NCBI GenBank assembly: GCA_050253075.1
Contig: JBFWJS010000005.1
Coordinates: 19,137 to 83,136, forward strand
Reading direction: 5' to 3'
Length of the DNA: 64,000 nucleotides
DNA from: Deferribacterales bacterium
Lineage (GTDB): Bacteria > Chrysiogenota > Deferribacteres > Deferribacterales > Geovibrionaceae
Part shown: piece after piece, positions 1 to 9,821 of the stretch
Numbering within the stretch: the stretch's first letter is position 1
How the letters are laid out: the number at the start of each line of letters is the position of its first letter
Notes under the pieces: generated by a model
Database searches by the model: none
What the model saw: only the letters and a program-made list of their open reading frames with translations
Told to the model about the DNA's origin: nothing
Program-made: the position numbers and the translations under genes

Positions 1-360
1 GGGATGATCAAGAATATCACAGCCATAGAAGTTAATGTCTTAAATATCCTGTACCAAAGACTACCTAATAAGTTTCTAATAGATGGGCCTGAGATAGAAA
101 CCCACGCCCTAACCAAGTATGATATTATGGTACTTTTAGATATCAAATCAGATGTTTGCTCTATAGCTATAAATAACCTTATGCGTATGCAGCTAATAGA
201 GTATAAATTAATCAGACATAAACCTGTTGTTAGCGATAACGATAGAACATCTTATACCGCAACAATGCATGTCGATTTGTATGCAGACTTATTCAATATC
301 ACAGATAATCTAGTACTAACGCCTCTAGGGGTAAAATTTGTCGAGGCATGCACACAATAA
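1..360 (+). CDS. C-terminal part of an Abi-alpha/DUF4393-like protein, probably truncated at the window start
   Basis: Frame is open from position 1. Ends with ...AINNLMRMQLIE...LVLTPLGVKFVEAC, resembling the 'NLxRLGLI...LTxxGxxFxxAC' C-terminus of DUF4393/Abi-alpha proteins. Lies in the AT-rich island. Confidence 0.55.
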   Translation, partial: GMIKNITAIEVNVLNILYQRLPNKFLIDGPEIETHALTKYDIMVLLDIKSDVCSIAINNLMRMQLIEYKLIRHKPVVSDNDRTSYTATMHVDLYADLFNITDNLVLTPLGVKFVEACTQ

Positions 361-623
361 AAAGCTATAAATACGGGAAAAAAGCATCAACACTGTATTC
401 TCACTACTGAAGAAGAATAGCACTTATACCATCAACAGTTTCCTACATATCAAAAAGTTTTGGGTTCCAAGCCAGTCACCAAAATATTGAGGTTACTCCT
501 GTTAAAAGCTCGCTGATATCTTAAACAAACAACAACAAAGACTTACTCTTAGCAGCACTTTGATATAGAAATCATAATATTATTAGTACTATAATATTAT
601 AGTTTTTCTTGAAGGTGGTATAG

Positions 624-3600
624 ATGAGTAATCCGAAGGGCGGTATCGCCGATAAAGAAGGCAACAGATATGAAAAGTGGGCTGTAATCAGTAAGTATAT
701 TGAGCTGCTCGAAAATAAGATTGATTATGTGATTGTTGAAAAACTAGGACAACGGCACGCTGATTTTATATGTAAAAAAGGCGATGAAATTTATAAATAT
801 CAGGCTAAAGCTAGAAAAGGCAATATACTTGTCTGGGATTTTCAAAGCCTCAAATCAATTTTAAAGAACGCAAAAGAGGATTTGGGCAAAGGCGAAAACT
901 TCCAGAGATTTATACTATTTTCTCCGATCTCAGAAATTGATTATCACGACATGGCCAAAGGACTTCGTAACCATGGGCTGTCATTATTTTACAAAGATCA
1001 GATAGAGGGAAACACTTCCAATAAACCGAAATTCAATAGAATCAAAGAAGAATTCTTCACATCTGGCAATGATAATGAAGACATCTCTGACACTCTGGAT
1101 TTTATCAGCCGCTTTGAATCACACACTATGGGCGATGACCAAAACACCAAAGGCTTGCTGATCAGATCACTTGGGTTATTACTGCTCGGGGAACCCAGTT
1201 CAGCTTTCAGCATTTTATATGAGTTTATAGACGAATCTTTCGGCAAAAAGGTTACATATGACATCATAACTGACTATTTAGAAGAAAAGGGTTTTAAGTC
1301 AAGAGCTGCATCCTCAAAAAATGACATACAGCTTGTTAAGGAAAAAGCTCAATCATATCTCAGCAAATACAGAGAACGGCTTCTGGATGAAAACCTTTAT
1401 TCACGTGAATATACACAGCAGATCATCGATTCTTTAAATGAAGGGAATGATATTCTGCTAACAGGCTCTGCAGGAGTTGGAAAAAGTGGTACGATCTTCG
1501 ACCTGATCCAAACATTATCAAAGACACACCTTGTTTTCCCTATCAATGTGAACGATGAAACTATAGGCGATAATATCAAACAGATGTCGACTGCATTCGG
1601 ATTTGAGAACCGACTGGATTATGTGTTGCATGATATTAAATCAGAAAAAGAAATTATTGTTATTATTGACCAACTTGATACAGCCAAAATGCTTAATGCT
1701 AACAAGGGCAATGTCTATTCCACTATTAAAAATTTCATTGAGTCACTCGACTTCATAAGAGGCAAGGAAAGCAGGGTTAAAATATTAATAACTTGCCGGA
1801 GTTTTGACTTAGAGAACGACCCAAGCCTGAAACAGTTAACTGATGAATACACAATAATAAACCTTGCGCCGCTATCGGAAAAGGATCTGACTGAAATTCT
1901 CAGTAAGAAAGGTATCGCCTATAAAACATTACCAAAAGAGACACAGAAGCTTATCGGTACATTTTTTCATCTTAAGCTGTTTTTGAAAGTATACGACAAG
2001 TCGAAACCACATCGGTATGCGACGAAGCTTGACTTAATGGGTGAATATATCAGAAAACTTGAATCAAGCTTTCCTGAAATCAGGAATGCCCTTCTCAGCT
2101 TCGCTAACGCACTTATTATGAGAAAAGAAACCAGCAGACATAAAGATAAAATTGGCTGTACAGAAAAAGAGCTGAATATACTAAAATCCGCAGGAGTGTT
2201 TTCTGAGAAAGGCGATTTTATAAGCTTCGAACACCAAAGCTTTCTCGACTATTTCAGTTCATTAGACCTCAGTGAAAGACTGGAGAACAACATTGAAAAC
2301 CTGCTAAACTGGCTTGGTGATAAAGACGATCAAACTCTTGCAAAAGCAGTTATTTTTTCTAATGCTCTCCAGATGATTACAGATAAAATGCTCATTGATG
2401 TTTCAAAAGCCATTCTCCCAAGCCAGGGTATACGATATCACATAAAACACACATTACTAAGCTTCTTATCTACAAAAGAAGACCCTGTGCAGCAACTTGA
2501 AGAATACATATATCAGCTTGCAATACATCCGAACTATCAGAAGATTATCTTTAACAGAGTGTTTTATCAGGACCGCTACATCAGCACGCTAATTAGTTCT
2601 GGAAAGCTTGAAGAATTGCTAAGTAACGGCAACTTCCTTGCATTAAATGTGATAAGCAATACATTAAGACGAGCTGATAAGTATACTGACTTTATCCTAA
2701 GTTATGTTTTCCCTAACAAACCAGAGGCGATATATGAGCACTACCAATATGACCTAGAGAAAATGCCTATTGCCCTGATGGACTCTTTCATCTCTCATGC
2801 TCCTGAAACATATTCAATTATAGAATATATGCATCTTAATACATCCGATGAGCTTGTAAATATCTGTAGTCTGTGTGCAAAAGCATTGGCAAAGACAGCC
2901 TATCAGCCCAGTAATAATGAATATAAAAATAAGATAATTGACAATGAGGATTTCTGCTTTCCGCTTAAGATGGAGTTTCATAGGATACCAACAAACAGCA
3001 TAGATGCAACTGTAGATAATACCAGCAAAGAGCAGCTAACGGCTTGTTTCGAAACTCTGATTGCCCCACTTGTTGAATTGTTCTCTACTATCCCAGAAGA
3101 AAAGATATTTACAATAAATACAGACAGAGACGCAGTAGAGGATAAGGATATAATTGAAAATAGTTACTTTCTGCTCAAGCATATAGGCCGGAAGATTCTG
3201 ACGCTGGATGAAGATTTTATCATGAAACATTTTAGAGCTTACTGCTCTAGTATGCATCCATATATAAAAATACTTTTCTTTGAAATAATGGATGGTATCA
3301 GCAAGCCCGAAAACGCAAATTATATTGTAAACTGGCTTACAGAGAAAAAACTGTCCTATGATGACTTGCACAGTATTACTATTAGAAACAACTGTCACTT
3401 TACTGGGCGGCTAATAGAAAAGATATCACATCTATGCAGCAGGGAAACTCTAAGGGAAATTCAGGAAATGGTGCTAAGCACCAAGCCGTATATGTATTAC
3501 AAATCTATAGGTGACAAAGAACAGGAAGACCACTACTTAAAATACTATAAAGGTGAAGCTCAATTTTTACTTCTTTCTAAATTACCCAAAAAAAGACTAA

Positions 3601-5141
3601 TCAAACCTGCAAAAGAAGCTCTCAAAATCGCCACTGAAGGCTATGGTTCAAACAATCACTATTATGAACCTATGGATTTTAAAATGAGAAAGGTTGTTTC
3701 TCCATTCCATAAGAGGGATGCAACTACAGAAGAATGGCTGAAAGTCATTACAGACCAAAATCTGAAAGAAGAAGACAGACTGTCAGAAAGAGAAAAGGAT
3801 TCTGAATATTACTATGAACATTCTGTGAGAGCGTACTCCAGCGACTTTCAGGATGCAGTAATCAAACAGCCAAATAGGTTCCTAAAGCTTACTCAAGATC
3901 ATACTGAGCAAGTCAGACCTGAGTTCATAGAGTCCATCTTTTCCGCACTGGAAAAATACTCAAATAGGGACGTAAAGGAAGAAATTGATTATAAGCTGAT
4001 GAAAAGCTTTATCATTAATTATTTTGATATAAACAATGATAACATTAGTAAAAGCTTCTGCAATATTACCAAACACAGATATTCTGATGATCTACCAGTA
4101 TGTTTTTTATATGCTCTGCCGGAAATAGCAATGCATAAACCACAAAAAGCTATTGATATACACAATACTGATCTTGATAATGAGGAGGCTCCTGCAGAAA
4201 GTATCGAACATGCAGCATACAACTCTGCTAGAGGCGAAGCCTTTTATACTATGAGCAGTCTGTTATTTATAAATCACAACCTTTTCTCGATTTTCGAACC
4301 AGCTATCAGACAAGGTATAGAAGATCCGCAGCCAGCTGTTAGAATGGCTGTTATGTCATGTGTAGCCGCTGCCTACAATATAGACAAAGAGCTTTCGTTG
4401 CAAATGTTCAGACAGCTAATTCAAGAAGATTATAAGCCTGCTCTTAGCAGTTACGGTTCCGAATATGTTAACGTAATAGTATCGGAACAACCGGAAATAT
4501 TCAGAGATATATACTACAGAATTCTTAAATCTGATAATGAAAAAGAGATAGTTAATATAACATATGGAGCGACAGCTTACGAAATTTTTTACGGCCATTT
4601 TGAGGACTTAGTAGAGGCCTCTTTATCCCACTCGGAACAAGCCAGAAGAGGCGTGTTGAAAGGTGTACGGCAATGCTTATCAGAGTATTACGACAAGACT
4701 ATAAGATGGCTGGAAAAATTGTTAGAGTATCAGGATACAGACTTTGATAAATTTGCACGGCTTCATCTGAAAGAAATAACAGAGGATCATCTGAAAGATT
4801 TTTTGGGCAGACTTAGCAATGGGCAAATCACAATAAAGCTTTTACCCTATATAATTGACTCTATAATAGATGGCGGGATTAGCTGGTCTGACTGTATCGT
4901 CGAAATACAGCTATGTATAATAGAGTACCTTAATACGCCAAACCAGAATGAACGACCATATGTCATCAGTGAATTCTTCGAGAATATTACTACACTCATA
5001 AAGGGAATGTACGATCATTACTCATTATCCAAAAATAAAGGGCAAATTTCATTTATTTTGGATATTTGGGATGAGATGCTTAAACAACAGAACAGGGCTT
5101 ATACAGATATGCATAATAAACTTATGCAGGAAATGAACTGA
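624..5141 (+). CDS. STAND-class NTPase with N-terminal PD-(D/E)xK nuclease and long helical C-terminal sensor region (Avs/AVAST-like anti-phage protein)
   Basis: N-terminal GNRYE...E...ADF...YQAK nuclease motif; Walker A GSAGVGKS; Walker B IIVIIDQLD; ITCR sensor; FEHQSFLDYF winged-helix motif; about 950 aa of predicted helical, HEAT-like C-terminus (DPQPAVRMAV). Confidence 0.8.
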   Translation: MSNPKGGIADKEGNRYEKWAVISKYIELLENKIDYVIVEKLGQRHADFICKKGDEIYKYQAKARKGNILVWDFQSLKSILKNAKEDLGKGENFQRFILFSPISEIDYHDMAKGLRNHGLSLFYKDQIEGNTSNKPKFNRIKEEFFTSGNDNEDISDTLDFISRFESHTMGDDQNTKGLLIRSLGLLLLGEPSSAFSILYEFIDESFGKKVTYDIITDYLEEKGFKSRAASSKNDIQLVKEKAQSYLSKYRERLLDENLYSREYTQQIIDSLNEGNDILLTGSAGVGKSGTIFDLIQTLSKTHLVFPINVNDETIGDNIKQMSTAFGFENRLDYVLHDIKSEKEIIVIIDQLDTAKMLNANKGNVYSTIKNFIESLDFIRGKESRVKILITCRSFDLENDPSLKQLTDEYTIINLAPLSEKDLTEILSKKGIAYKTLPKETQKLIGTFFHLKLFLKVYDKSKPHRYATKLDLMGEYIRKLESSFPEIRNALLSFANALIMRKETSRHKDKIGCTEKELNILKSAGVFSEKGDFISFEHQSFLDYFSSLDLSERLENNIENLLNWLGDKDDQTLAKAVIFSNALQMITDKMLIDVSKAILPSQGIRYHIKHTLLSFLSTKEDPVQQLEEYIYQLAIHPNYQKIIFNRVFYQDRYISTLISSGKLEELLSNGNFLALNVISNTLRRADKYTDFILSYVFPNKPEAIYEHYQYDLEKMPIALMDSFISHAPETYSIIEYMHLNTSDELVNICSLCAKALAKTAYQPSNNEYKNKIIDNEDFCFPLKMEFHRIPTNSIDATVDNTSKEQLTACFETLIAPLVELFSTIPEEKIFTINTDRDAVEDKDIIENSYFLLKHIGRKILTLDEDFIMKHFRAYCSSMHPYIKILFFEIMDGISKPENANYIVNWLTEKKLSYDDLHSITIRNNCHFTGRLIEKISHLCSRETLREIQEMVLSTKPYMYYKSIGDKEQEDHYLKYYKGEAQFLLLSKLPKKRLIKPAKEALKIATEGYGSNNHYYEPMDFKMRKVVSPFHKRDATTEEWLKVITDQNLKEEDRLSEREKDSEYYYEHSVRAYSSDFQDAVIKQPNRFLKLTQDHTEQVRPEFIESIFSALEKYSNRDVKEEIDYKLMKSFIINYFDINNDNISKSFCNITKHRYSDDLPVCFLYALPEIAMHKPQKAIDIHNTDLDNEEAPAESIEHAAYNSARGEAFYTMSSLLFINHNLFSIFEPAIRQGIEDPQPAVRMAVMSCVAAAYNIDKELSLQMFRQLIQEDYKPALSSYGSEYVNVIVSEQPEIFRDIYYRILKSDNEKEIVNITYGATAYEIFYGHFEDLVEASLSHSEQARRGVLKGVRQCLSEYYDKTIRWLEKLLEYQDTDFDKFARLHLKEITEDHLKDFLGRLSNGQITIKLLPYIIDSIIDGGISWSDCIVEIQLCIIEYLNTPNQNERPYVISEFFENITTLIKGMYDHYSLSKNKGQISFILDIWDEMLKQQNRAYTDMHNKLMQEMN

Positions 5142-5218
5142 TTACTCTGCGGCAAAAATGCGTCAACTTTACTCAACGACTACTGATAAATATCCGACTT
5201 TTTAAACCGACCAGTTTT

Positions 5219-5260
5219 CTACGGATCAAAAGGTTAGGAGTTCGAATCTCTTCGGGCGCG
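5219..5260 (+). pseudogene. 3' half of tRNA-Arg(ACG); attR-type direct repeat
   Basis: CT-ACG-GA anticodon loop, TCAAA stem strand, AGGTT variable loop, AGGAG-TTCGAAT-CTCTT T-arm, CGGGCGC-G acceptor strand. No 5' half (no GCGCCCG, no D-arm) upstream. Confidence 0.85.
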
Positions 5261-5265
5261 TTTAT

Positions 5266-5302
5266 AAAAGGCAGGATACCAAAAGGTACTCTGCCTTTTT
5301 TT
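5266..5302 (+). terminator. Rho-independent terminator, likely the original terminator of the tRNA-Arg gene
   Basis: AAAAGGCAG-gatacc-aaaa-ggtact-CTGCCTTTTTTT directly after the tRNA fragment. Confidence 0.75.
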
Positions 5303-5400
5303 ATATCTTTCCATAGGATTCTAAGCCAAAAAGATGCAGTGATTTTCGCCACAAGGTTTCGGAGGGCTTTTCATCTGTTACCCATGTGCCACATTTGGAC

Positions 5401-5431
5401 AAAAAAAAGCCGGACATTTCTGCCCGGCTTT
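5401..5431 (-). terminator. Terminator of the RRM gene
   Basis: Inverted repeat AAAGCCGGaCA/TGcCCGGCTTT with an A8 tract on the plus strand (U tract on the minus strand). Confidence 0.75.
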
Positions 5432-5458
5432 ATTTACAACATTATATTATTAATGTGA

Positions 5459-5734
5459 TTAGTATCTTCTGAAGTTTCCGCCGCGGTTTTCAGTCTTAGG
5501 CTTAGCTTCGTTGACTTTGATGTTTCTGCCATCAAGATCAGTTTCGTTAAACTTGTCGATAGCGGCTTTAGCGTGGTCATCGTTAGACATTTCTACAAAG
5601 CCAAATCCTTTCGAACGGCCTGTGTCTCTGTCTGTGATGATTCTTGCTGTGTCTACATCTCCTGCTTTGCTGAAAAGAGAGAAAATGTCGTCTTCTGTTG
5701 TTGAGAAACTAAGGTTACCTACATAAATATTCAT
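5459..5734 (-). CDS. RRM (RNP-1) RNA-binding protein
   Basis: RNP2 IYVGNL, RNP1 KGFGFVEM, and a short G/R-rich tail. Confidence 0.95.
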   Translation of the reverse strand: MNIYVGNLSFSTTEDDIFSLFSKAGDVDTARIITDRDTGRSKGFGFVEMSNDDHAKAAIDKFNETDLDGRNIKVNEAKPKTENRGGNFRRY

Positions 5735-6241
5735 AATTATGCTCCATAAATTTTTTTGTCAAAATGATCAGATCGAGTTCGGAATTTGGTACAAAATAGT
5801 TGAAAGAGGTGTTTAACCTTTCGGAAGCATGACTTAGAACAAATTTATGTGGCTTTTATTGAAATGTATCAATAGATATGCTTAGTAAACTGCTGGTTAT
5901 GATTCGGAAATCCAATTTAATTTAGTAACAACTTAAAACTTACATCAATGATTGATTGACTAAAGACACTATAGACTGTTGAGAAGTAATAGCAAGAACT
6001 ATTTTTATTTATTTAAAAATAACTTACGAAATTTGAGAAATTTTCTTATCAAAAATCGCCATAAACTGCTCTGCCGTATCATGTAATACAAAATGTCGGC
6101 TAACCGGTATTTCAGTACATTTTATCACTGCGCCGAGGTGACTACGCAAGTATTTATAAATAAATATTTTTTCATTCACTCTGTTTTCATAAATCCAAAG
6201 GCCAGCGATTTGAAAGTCACGACACTATCTGATGGATCACA

Positions 6242-7957
6242 TTAAATAGACGGGATAGATATCTCAACGGCGGCGCCTCTTTCGGTGTTGAAGGCGTGTA
6301 TCTTTCCGTTCATGTGGGTATGGATGATGACCAGAGCCTGATAAAGCCCGAGCCCTGTGCCCTTCCCTTCGTCCTTTGTGGAGAAGTAAGGGTTGAAAAC
6401 CTTGCTAAGGGTGCCATCTTTAAAGCCTGTTCCGTTGTCTTCGATATGGATGACAATGTCATCATTCTCTTTATTTATGTTCATATGAATAAATTTTTCA
6501 GACTGCATATCCTGACCGAATTTTTCATCTATTGCGTCGATAGAGTTATATATGATGTTTGTTATCACCTGTTTAAATTCGCCTTTGAAACCCTTTACAA
6601 ATGTTTCATTAAACTCGCAGCTAGGAAAATCGTCGATGAAGACATGCTGAGTGTTTTTCCTCTGACATTTGCATGACACGTAGAGCTTTATCCCCTTAGA
6701 GTGGAGCTGTATATTTATCAGTCTGAGCAGAGCGAGAATCTCTTCCACAGCTTCAAACTCGGTTTCCCTCTCATCAGGTTTAAAGAAATTCCTGAAATCA
6801 TCTATTATGGAAGACATCTTTTTCACGATCTTCATCTGGCTCTCTTCGAAGCTGTCCATTATCTCTTCGGTCAGCTCGCCGTTGCGAAACATATCTGCGA
6901 TGGACTGTGCTTGCAGACCGATATTGTTCAAAGGCTGGCGCCACTGGTGGGCTATGGCGTTTATGACCATACCGAGGTCGGACAGCTTCTTCTGCTCGAA
7001 GATTATCTCCTCTTGAATGCGCCTTATGGCAAGCTCTTCCTCTACCCGCACTTTAAGCTGTTCGTTCAGCTCTTTGAGCGAGTTTTCGAGCTCTTTCATT
7101 TTTGTAATGTCTTTTGAAACGTTCAGAATGACCTTTTCGCCGTTGAATTCCTGTATGCTGGCAGACATAAGCCCGTGGATGACTTCTCCGTCTTTTCTGA
7201 CAAAGTCCGCAGCCAGATTTCGATAATATCCATTCTCTTTCAATCCTCTGACAAGCTCAAGGCGGTCTTCTGGATTTTTCCATATATCAAGATCGAGTGA
7301 GCTTTTGCCTATCACCTCGTCCTGTGTATATCCCATAATGGCGGTGAAGCCGTCATTGACCATGATGTATCGCCCGTCTTCGATGGAGTTCAGGTTGATG
7401 GAATCCTGACTGGTCTTAAATGCATTTATAAAAAGCTCTTCGTTGAGCTTTGCTTTCTTTTCTGATTCTTCCAGCTCGGATATTTTGAGCAGCAGGTCCT
7501 TTGTCCTGTCCTCTACCTTCTTTCCCAGTTCAGCCGTCAGCCTCTCCAGCTCTGCATTCTTTTCCTTAAGCATGGCTTCCTGCTTTTTCTTATAGGTGAT
7601 ATCAAGCAGATAGTTAACCGTTACCTCAATATCGTCTATGATGTAATAGTTTGAAACAACTTCTACATTCAAAAGAGAGCCGTCTTTATGTCTTAAGACT
7701 GATTCGACTTTATTAACCTTAACCATGCAAACAATCTCGAAATATTCATGCACATCAGATATATCAGCATTAATATCTATATCGCATATATTTTTGCCCG
7801 CAATCTCATTCGAGTGATATCCGAGAAAGGCAGTAACAGCCTTGCTGATTTTGAGAATAACCCCGTCTCTGTCTATCCATAGAACAGGCAGATAAGGATT
7901 CTCCTCCATTTTGCTCAATAAGTCTTTCATAGTTTCATCTTTGTATTTAATAAACAC
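6242..7957 (-). CDS. Cytoplasmic PAS-PAS sensor histidine kinase
   Basis: Two PAS-like domains; H-box IAHQWRQPLN; N-box NSIDA; DNGTG; FSTK; GTGLGL. Confidence 0.9.
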   Translation of the reverse strand: MFIKYKDETMKDLLSKMEENPYLPVLWIDRDGVILKISKAVTAFLGYHSNEIAGKNICDIDINADISDVHEYFEIVCMVKVNKVESVLRHKDGSLLNVEVVSNYYIIDDIEVTVNYLLDITYKKKQEAMLKEKNAELERLTAELGKKVEDRTKDLLLKISELEESEKKAKLNEELFINAFKTSQDSINLNSIEDGRYIMVNDGFTAIMGYTQDEVIGKSSLDLDIWKNPEDRLELVRGLKENGYYRNLAADFVRKDGEVIHGLMSASIQEFNGEKVILNVSKDITKMKELENSLKELNEQLKVRVEEELAIRRIQEEIIFEQKKLSDLGMVINAIAHQWRQPLNNIGLQAQSIADMFRNGELTEEIMDSFEESQMKIVKKMSSIIDDFRNFFKPDERETEFEAVEEILALLRLINIQLHSKGIKLYVSCKCQRKNTQHVFIDDFPSCEFNETFVKGFKGEFKQVITNIIYNSIDAIDEKFGQDMQSEKFIHMNINKENDDIVIHIEDNGTGFKDGTLSKVFNPYFSTKDEGKGTGLGLYQALVIIHTHMNGKIHAFNTERGAAVEISIPSI

Positions 7958-8066
7958 GCCCTTTAGTCACTATAAAACAGTAGTCATTTATTACTATTAT
8001 ACTCACTGACTAAACCGCAGGGCAATTCTATTTATGTATGGTATAAAATTTTAGCTGTAAAACTTC

Positions 8067-8423
8067 CTAATCGTCAAGTCCAAGCTCCCGCAGGATAGCG
8101 ATAATATCGTTATACACTACAGGTTTCATCATATAAAAGTTTACATCGGGGCGGATAGTCTCTTCCATGCATGCCGTGACGGCAATGATTATTTTGTCTT
8201 TATCCTTACTCCGTATGTAATCTATCACCTCATATCCGTTCATCTCCGGCATTATGAGATCTGTTATCACTATGTCTGGGTTATACTTTTCATAAATCTC
8301 GACCCCTTCCTTCCCGTCTACGGCCATGTAGAGCACCTTAAACTTCCGCTCAAACTGCATCTTCATCAGCACACTGGTCAGAGGATCGTCTTCTATATAT
8401 AAAACACTAAGATCTTTAAGCAT
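8067..8423 (-). CDS. Single-domain response regulator
   Basis: IEDD, TDLIMP, TA and KP receiver motifs. Confidence 0.9.
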   Translation of the reverse strand: MLKDLSVLYIEDDPLTSVLMKMQFERKFKVLYMAVDGKEGVEIYEKYNPDIVITDLIMPEMNGYEVIDYIRSKDKDKIIIAVTACMEETIRPDVNFYMMKPVVYNDIIAILRELGLDD

Positions 8424-8435
8424 ATTCCCTTCCGC

Positions 8436-9821
8436 TCAACCGTTAAGTCTTTTATTCATCGCCTGTCTGGATATACCCAGCAGAGATGCAGCCTTGCTCT
8501 GATTTCCGTTTGTTCTGCTGATGGCCTCTTTTACAAGGAAGATTTCCATCTCTTTTAATGTAGGAAAATGTCCTTCATATTTAAAGTACGTATTACGCAC
8601 ACTGTCTGCCGAATCCATGCCGACATCATGAGACGCCAGAAATTTTTTCAGCTCCGGTTTTGATATGCTCTTCCCTTTGAAAAGCATTACGTAATCCTGC
8701 ACCACAGACTGAAGCTCACGCACATTACCGGGAAAATCATGATGCAGCATGGCCGTGATAAACTCGTCTGACACGTCTCTGTACTCCAGCCCCATCTTAG
8801 CCATATAGCTGTTGTAAAAGTGATATATAAGCAGGTCAATGTCGTCCCGTCTGTCTCTCAGCGGAGGCAGGCTGACCATATGCGATGAAAGCCTGTAATA
8901 AAGATCCTGTCTGAATGTCCCCGCTTCGACCTTCGCTTTCAGGTCTGCGTGTGTGGCTGCGACTATCCTTGCGTTTGTACTGCTCGGGGCATCCGCACCG
9001 ACAGGGAAATATTCTTTATTCTGAAGCAGACGCAGCAGCTTTATCTGTGAAGACTCGTCCAGATCGCCTATCTCATCCAGAAATACCGTACCGTTATCCG
9101 CATTCGCCAGAACACCCGGACGATGCTTATCCGCACCTGTGAAAGCGCCCTTTACATGCCCGAAGAGAGTGTCGTTAAACAGATGCTCGTCAAAGGCTGA
9201 GATATTCACAGGGAGGAACCGCCCCGCCCTGCCGCTGCTGATATGCACGGCTTCGGCCATCAGATCTTTCCCGGTGCCCGTCTCACCCGTGATGAGTATC
9301 GGCGCATCACCCACGGCAACATTTGAAATATATTTTAAGATATCCTCTATGCTTCTGCTGCGGGTGACTATCTTCTGAAACGCAGGGTTTGTGAAACAGA
9401 AGCTGTGCTCCATATCTTTCTTTATAGAGCTCAGCTCGGTCTTCACTTTATAAAATTCGAGCCCTTTCATCAGGTTCGTGTGAAATCTGTCTTTGTCTAT
9501 CGGCTTTACGATGTAGTCTAGGGCGCCATTCTGAATACAGCGCACAGCCGTAGCCACATCCTCCGTACCGGAGATAATATAAACGGAAGACTGCATCCCC
9601 CTGCTCTTTATCTCTGCCAGAACCTCTTCGCCATTCACATGCGGCATACGTATATCCAGAAAGAGTACGGCAGGCTCTTCTCCCCCCAGCTCGTCCAGAA
9701 AGTCTACGGACGAATTATACAGGCGAAAGTTTTTATAGCCCTTCTTCTTCAAAAGTATTTCGTAGGAATTGGTGATCTCCTGTTCGTCATCGACTATGAC
9801 GATAAGATCATTACTGTTCAT
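8436..9821 (-). CDS. Sigma54-dependent response regulator (NtrC-family bacterial enhancer-binding protein)
   Basis: REC domain, GETGTGKD, GAFTGA, FLDEIG, FPGNVREL, and Fis-type HTH (GNQSKAASLLGISR). Confidence 0.95.
   Translation of the reverse strand: MNSNDLIVIVDDEQEITNSYEILLKKKGYKNFRLYNSSVDFLDELGGEEPAVLFLDIRMPHVNGEEVLAEIKSRGMQSSVYIISGTEDVATAVRCIQNGALDYIVKPIDKDRFHTNLMKGLEFYKVKTELSSIKKDMEHSFCFTNPAFQKIVTRSRSIEDILKYISNVAVGDAPILITGETGTGKDLMAEAVHISSGRAGRFLPVNISAFDEHLFNDTLFGHVKGAFTGADKHRPGVLANADNGTVFLDEIGDLDESSQIKLLRLLQNKEYFPVGADAPSSTNARIVAATHADLKAKVEAGTFRQDLYYRLSSHMVSLPPLRDRRDDIDLLIYHFYNSYMAKMGLEYRDVSDEFITAMLHHDFPGNVRELQSVVQDYVMLFKGKSISKPELKKFLASHDVGMDSADSVRNTYFKYEGHFPTLKEMEIFLVKEAISRTNGNQSKAASLLGISRQAMNKRLNG

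Larger units (their letters stand above)
1..5260. mobile_element. Right end of a tRNA-Arg(ACG)-integrated genomic island carrying defence cargo
   Basis: Visibly AT-richer than the downstream core genes, carries defence-like genes, and is bounded by a tRNA 3'-half duplication. The integrase and left end are outside the window. Confidence 0.7.

Noticed and set aside
5185..5263. Intact tRNA-Arg gene
   Set aside because: Only the part from the anticodon loop to the acceptor strand is present. There is no D-arm or 5' acceptor strand, so it is reported as an att fragment.
5303..5400. Possible remnant of a second integrated element (TGTGCCACA/TTTGGACA arm-like repeats)
   Set aside because: The similarity is too short and degenerate to support.
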